Of a stretch of 24,275 nucleotides of DNA, positions 20,501 through 24,275 are shown one piece after another. The DNA comes from Octopus sinensis. Its lineage: Eukaryota. Position numbers and translations under genes: made by a program. The DNA is taken from NCBI RefSeq assembly GCF_006345805.1, contig NW_021836418.1:1-24275 (forward strand), written 5' to 3'. Position 1 is the first letter of the stretch, and each line of letters opens with the position of its first letter. The notes beneath the pieces were generated by a model. The model was not told the DNA's origin, ran no database searches, and saw only the letters and a list, made by a program, of their open reading frames with translations.

Positions 20501-20880
20501 GATTCTAAGATAAGGGCGTAGATGAAATAAAACAGTAAGACAACTCAGAAAGAAACAGAGAAAAAGATAGCGGAGAAAGAAACAGAGTAACAAGGAGAGA
20601 AACTGAGAGAAGAAGTGAGCGGAAGCGATAAAGAGAGAGAGAGAGAGAAGGGGGCGAGCGAACGTGACAGAACTATAATCAAAGCGAGAATAAGAGAAGT
20701 TGGGAGGGACAAAAATAGAAGTAGAGAGCGATATAGAGAGAGTGGGAGGTTGAGATAGAGTGTGCGTGTGTGTGTATGTGTGTGTGTGTGTATGTGTGTG
20801 TGTGAGGAATAGTGACAGATAGCGACAGAAAGGGAGATTGCGCGAATGTGACAGAACCAGACAGGAACACGACATCAAAA

Positions 20881-21498
20881 GGAGGCGAGCTGGAAGAATC
20901 GTTAGCACGCCGGGCGAAATGCTAAACGGTATTTTGTGTACCGTTACGTTCCGAGTTCAAATTCCGCCGAGGTCGACTTTGCCTTTCATCCTTTCGGGGT
21001 CGATTAAATAAGTACCAGTTACGCACTGGGGTCGATATAATCGACTTAATCCGTTTGTCTGTCCTTGTTTGTCCCCTCTGTGTTTAGCCCCTTGTGGGTA
21101 GTAAAGAAATAGAAATAGGTATTTCGTCTGCCGTTACGTTCTGAGTTCAAATTCCGCCGAGGTCGACTTTGCCTTTCATCCTTTCGGGGGTCGATAAATT
21201 AAGTACCAGTTACGCACTGGGGTCGATATAATCGACATAATCCGTTTGTCTGTCCTTGTTTGTCCCCTCTATGTTTAGCCCCATGTGAGTAGTAAAGAAA
21301 TAGAAATAGGTATTTCGTCTGCCGTTACGTTCTGAGTTCAAATTCCGCCGAGGTCGACTTTGCCTTTCATCCTTTCGGGGGTCGATAAATTAAGTACCAG
21401 TTACGTACTGGGATCGATATAATCGACTTAATCCGTTTGACTGTCCTTGTTTGTCCCCTCTATGTTTAGCCCCTTGTGGGCAATAAAGAAATAAGAAA
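20881..21498 (+). mobile_element. SINE family C, tandem array 2 (one head plus three units of about 190 bp)
   Basis: Head ggaggcgagctggaagaatcgttagcacgccggg. Units start at gtatt 20929, 21119 and 21310, each with the B box gagttcaaattcc. Ends caataaagaaataagaaac. No TSD seen. Confidence 0.92.
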
Positions 21499-21839
21499 CA
21501 TGCACTCATATGTGTATGTATGTATGTATGTATGTATGTATGTATGTATGTGTGACGATAACAGAGAGCCAGGGATGAATGATTAGAAGACAAGATTTAA
21601 AGCAATCCAAGAAAAATAAGCTGGATATAAAAGACTGAATTCTCACAGAAAGTGAAATGTGAAGAAGAAAGACTTTCCATGAAACGTCTGAAAAGGTAAA
21701 AGCAAAGAGAATAAAAAAAATACATTCACTATTTTCGTTATTGTGTGATTTGTGTAAAGGGTGAATGAAGGAACGAGGATTTGTTTCTTCGGGGTTTTGT
21801 TCAATCAGTGTTTATCTTAGGACAGTCAGACAGTGAGAT

Positions 21840-21915
21840 AGACAGGCAAGAAGGCAGATATGCAGGCAGCCAGGCAGGCAGGCAGGCAGGTAGACGCGTA
21901 GGCAGGTAGAAAGGC
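21840..21915. repeat. (GGCA)n tetranucleotide repeat
   Basis: Directly visible. Confidence 0.8.
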
Positions 21916-22019
21916 AGAATAGACTGATATGGCGTGACAGTACAGGGTGGAATGGTGGACGCTGGGGTGTAAAATTTAAGGTTTAGATAGATTTTTAATC
22001 AGCGTCCGCTTCTGCACGT

Positions 22020-22056
22020 ATATGTATGTGAGTGTGTTTGTGTGTGTGTGTATGTG

Positions 22057-22113
<57 letters not shown>

Positions 22114-22212
22114 ATGTGTTGTGGTGTGTGGCGTGTTTTGTGCGCGCGTGTGTATAGATATAGATACGTATATGACTACATACATACATTCATGTATATA
22201 TATAAGTGTATG

Positions 22213-22251
<39 letters not shown>

Positions 22252-22660
22252 TATATATGTATATATATATATATATATATATACATACATGCATGTATAT
22301 ATATATATGTGTGTATGTATATATATATATATATATATATATTATGTATATCTATATATATATATAAATATTATATATATGTGTGTATGTATATCTATAT
22401 ATATATATATATATATATACGTATGTATATAGATATGAAAATACACCCACGCACACACAGAACACAAATGTATAAGAATATGCGTGGTGACTACCCCAGC
22501 ATGTATACGTTAAACTGATTGTGTGTGTGTATGTGTACATATAATTATATGTAGAAAGAGAGAGAGAGAGATAGAAGCGGATACAATTGTATACATATGT
22601 GTGTGTGTGTATGTGTATGTATATATACACAGATAGATAGATAACAGATCCACACACACA
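22020..22660. repeat. Compound (TG)n-(TC)n-(TA)n-(GA)n microsatellite block
   Basis: Directly visible, with short unique interruptions. Confidence 0.9.
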
Positions 22661-22934
22661 CAAACGCAATATTAAGTGACTGCTTAATATAAAACACAGA
22701 AACATAAACACGAAGCGAGTGTATACATTCATACATCAATCAACGAAGTGATAAAAGCAGCAAACCAAGAATAAAATCAGAAGAGAAACCGAAAAATTAT
22801 ATTATAAATAAATAACAAAAAAACATATATGTATATATATATTTGGGGAAAGAAAACAATAGATAAATATGTATAACGGAGAAAGACAAAGAAAAGAATT
22901 GAAGAAAGTGAAAGAGCATATATCCCTTTTAGTT

Positions 22935-22986
22935 TGTGTGTGTGCGTCTGCAAGTGTGTTAGATTGTGTGTAAATAGATGGATGTC

Positions 22987-23033
<47 letters not shown>

Positions 23034-23151
23034 ATATAGATATATATATATGTGTGTGTGTGTGTGTGTATGTGTGTGCGTGTGTGCGTGTTTATATATA
23101 CTTATATATATACATATTAAAATTATATTTATATATATGTTTATATATGTA

Positions 23152-23195
<44 letters not shown>

Positions 23196-23240
23196 AGTAA
23201 TCTATATATGTGTGGTATGAGTGTGTATGTATATATATGT
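22935..23240. repeat. (TA)n/(TG)n microsatellite block
   Basis: Directly visible. Confidence 0.9.
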
Positions 23241-23900
23241 GTAAATATGCCAGAAGGCTAGAGAGAGGGGAGAGTAAGATAACGAGAGAGAGAAAGGGAG
23301 AGAACATTATTCTCGTATATCATGTTTTATCGGTTATTCGTGTCTCTTAAAAGGTTTTTAAGTCGCCATCTTATACGTAATATGAAATATATATACATAT
23401 AAATACATGTATATATAATATATAATATATATAATACATATAAATATATGTAGATGTATATATACATAGAGGGAGAGAGAGGGGGAGAGTGACAGACAGA
23501 GAAAGAGCAGGCGAGGATGGCGAAATGGATGAATTAAGAAAGGATGAATTTAGAAAGAGACGAAGTGGAAAAGATTAAGCAAAGAAATACGTTAAAAGAA
23601 AAGCCAAATTATAGAAACAGTGAGGAAGAGGATAACAAGGTGGAGGATAAAGGATAATCTGGTCAAAAGTACGAGATAAAAAGTCGGCTTTCAGTTTAAA
23701 ACGTCCTAAGCGGCATCTGATGGGACGGAGGTGTGGCTTTACGTTTATACTGAAGACTGCAATTTTCTTGCCGCTTCCGGATTATGTGGGCGAAAGGAGA
23801 TGATCCGGCGCAGTTGTTTGGACGCTTGACGCTGGAGTTTGTGCCGACCGGAGCAGCCTAGTGTTTGCTACACTCCACCCCGAGGCCTCCAAACCAATAC

Positions 23901-24219
23901 CTGGAAGCATTCCGTCGGTTACGACGACGAGGGTTCCGGTTGATCCGATCAACGGAACAGCCTGCTCGTGAAATTAACGTGTAAGTGGCTGAGCACTCCA
24001 CAGACACGTGTACCCTTAACGTAGTTCTTGGGGATATTCAGCGTGACACAGAGAGTGACAAGGCCGGCCCTTTGAAATACAGGTACAACAGAAACAGGAA
24101 GTAAGAGTGAGAGAAAGTTGTGGTGAAAGAGTACAGCAGGGATCACCACCAGCCCCTGCCGGAGCCTCGTGGAGCTTTCGGTGTTTTCGCTCAATAAACA
24201 CTCACAACGCCCGGTCTGG
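23901..24219 (-). mobile_element. SINE family B, 5'-truncated copy B3
   Basis: Homologous to B1/B2 from the 3' end up to ccagacc, with the tRNA head lost. Perfect 14-bp TSD ctccaaaccaatac at 23887-23900 and 24220-24233. Confidence 0.92.
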
Positions 24220-24275
24220 CTCCAAACCAATACAGGTTAACACGATAGACCGAAAGGGCAGCCCCAAGGAGTGTC

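Noticed and set aside
1-24275. Most ORFs in the supplied track (YI-, HT-, CV-, LS-, YLSI- and ER-repeat peptides)
   Set aside because: They are translations of di- and tetranucleotide microsatellites, which lack stop codons in several frames.

Overview
Repeat-dominated, AT-rich eukaryotic non-coding DNA, either intronic or intergenic. The three tRNA-derived SINE families, together with dense (TA)n/(CA)n/(GA)n/(GATA)n microsatellites, point to an octopus genome; this is recognised from memory of the octopus OK/OR1/OR2-type SINEs, not from a database search. No protein-coding gene is confidently supported, and nearly all ORFs in the supplied track are translations of microsatellites or SINEs. 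Supported elements: a non-autonomous Helitron (398-829); SINE family A (tRNA head, CORE-like segment, internal microsatellite; four copies plus one split copy); SINE family B (three copies, all with target-site duplications); SINE family C (two head-plus-three-unit tandem arrays and one old monomer); a decayed LINE reverse-transcriptase fossil (about 7130-7800, minus strand); an internally deleted DD37D-like Tc1/mariner element (19373-20239) that splits an older SINE; and several long inverted repeats. The most unusual structures are a concentric nest of inverted repeats centred near 12336, a near-perfect 67-bp-stem hairpin (11252-11410), (TA)n-centred inverted duplications, and the two SINE trimers that share one junction sequence.
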